From Styela clava (lineage: Eukaryota), in the NCBI RefSeq assembly GCF_964204865.1, contig NC_135253.1, positions 15,996,001 through 16,060,000 of the forward strand: a stretch of 64,000 nt of DNA, read 5' to 3'. Each line of letters starts with the position of its first letter. The first letter of the stretch is position 1. The position numbers were made by a program, and so were the translations under genes. The notes beneath the pieces are model-generated. The model searched no databases. It saw only the letters and a list, made by a program, of their open reading frames with translations, and was not told where the DNA came from. This document shows, piece by piece, positions 63,158-64,000 of the stretch.

Positions 63158-64000
63158 CTATCAATATATATATATATATACTAGTTTTAATTGCCTGGTT
63201 TCATATCATCGCTTTAATTAACTATATGACGTTTCCCAATTTAATGTCACGAACAGCGTCTGCTGGCCTCGCCTCAAAAATCGACGCCCATATTTTGACT
63301 TATGAAGGATGATAAATATTGGCAAAACTTGTACTTGCAAAAATACAGTTACAATAAATCGCTGGTATATTTATTGGCATTCTTCACAGTAATGGTAGCA
63401 TTCTATCATCTCGTTCTTTGCGGGGGGAGTCTTCTTGTGTTTCCGCAAGGTTATGTCGGCTATGTTTGGTTATTTAGAATGCGACTCTGTAGAAGTTTGC
63501 TCAGTTGTCAAGGAATATAAGACGTACCGCTAAATAGGATGGAGGGCGCCTTGAGGAGCGCACTTGAGGTTGAATATATTATCGCAGCCATATGTTAAAC
63601 TATGGGTGTAATTATGGTACCGAATTCGAACACCGTGTAAAAACGAATTGTCTTAACTTGCGCCATGAAACGTAGATTCAGTTCACAGCTTCAATAGATA
63701 TGTGAGGGTGATTTAACCCATTCAAATAAGATTTGTTCTATTTAATTTATAAGGTATGGTATACAATGTTAGTAAAGCAAGGATCTCACCGCCTGCAACT
63801 TAACCGTAGATTAGGTATGCAAGTTTAAAAACGAATATCCTCAGAGAAACAAAAGGATTTCAACGTCTACAGATTGCTTATTCAATGAAAATAAGGCCAA
63901 GAAATTATATGAAAATAAATCCGGTTGATATGAGTATTTATTATATTGGGTTTAAACTAAAATGTTATATGCGTATTTCATTGCCTGAACAATGCAAAAA

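Overview
AT-rich eukaryotic (metazoan) genomic DNA with compact GT-AG introns; a tunicate or other invertebrate chordate is a guess from gene architecture only. The ORF track mostly shows exon fragments and noise. By manual splicing I reconstruct three complete, phase-consistent genes: (1) a CTTNBP2/CTTNBP2NL-family STRIPAK coiled-coil protein (+, 13 coding exons, 5136-19546, about 821 aa); (2) a convergent ABCG2/BCRP-like half transporter (-, 15 coding exons, 42623-23666, about 781 aa); (3) an intron-containing linker histone H1 variant with an acidic N-terminus (+, 7 exons, 56547-60090, about 304 aa). The left edge holds a disrupted Mutator/NOF-type transposase with adjacent ~185-bp tandem repeats. 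Introns and intergenic DNA are full of MITEs with visible TIRs and TSDs. The most unusual structures are: a nested transposon stack (47.2-50.5 kb) whose core is a hAT element built from two inverted copies of the same end around a truncated TTF-zinc-finger ORF; a near-identical 1.37-kb tandem duplication upstream of ABCG2; a 62-bp piece of host 5'UTR copied into a duplicated MITE segment; and a speculative spliced minus-strand ORF at 61.2-63.2 kb interrupted only by TGA codons. No rRNA, tRNA or CRISPR array was recognised.
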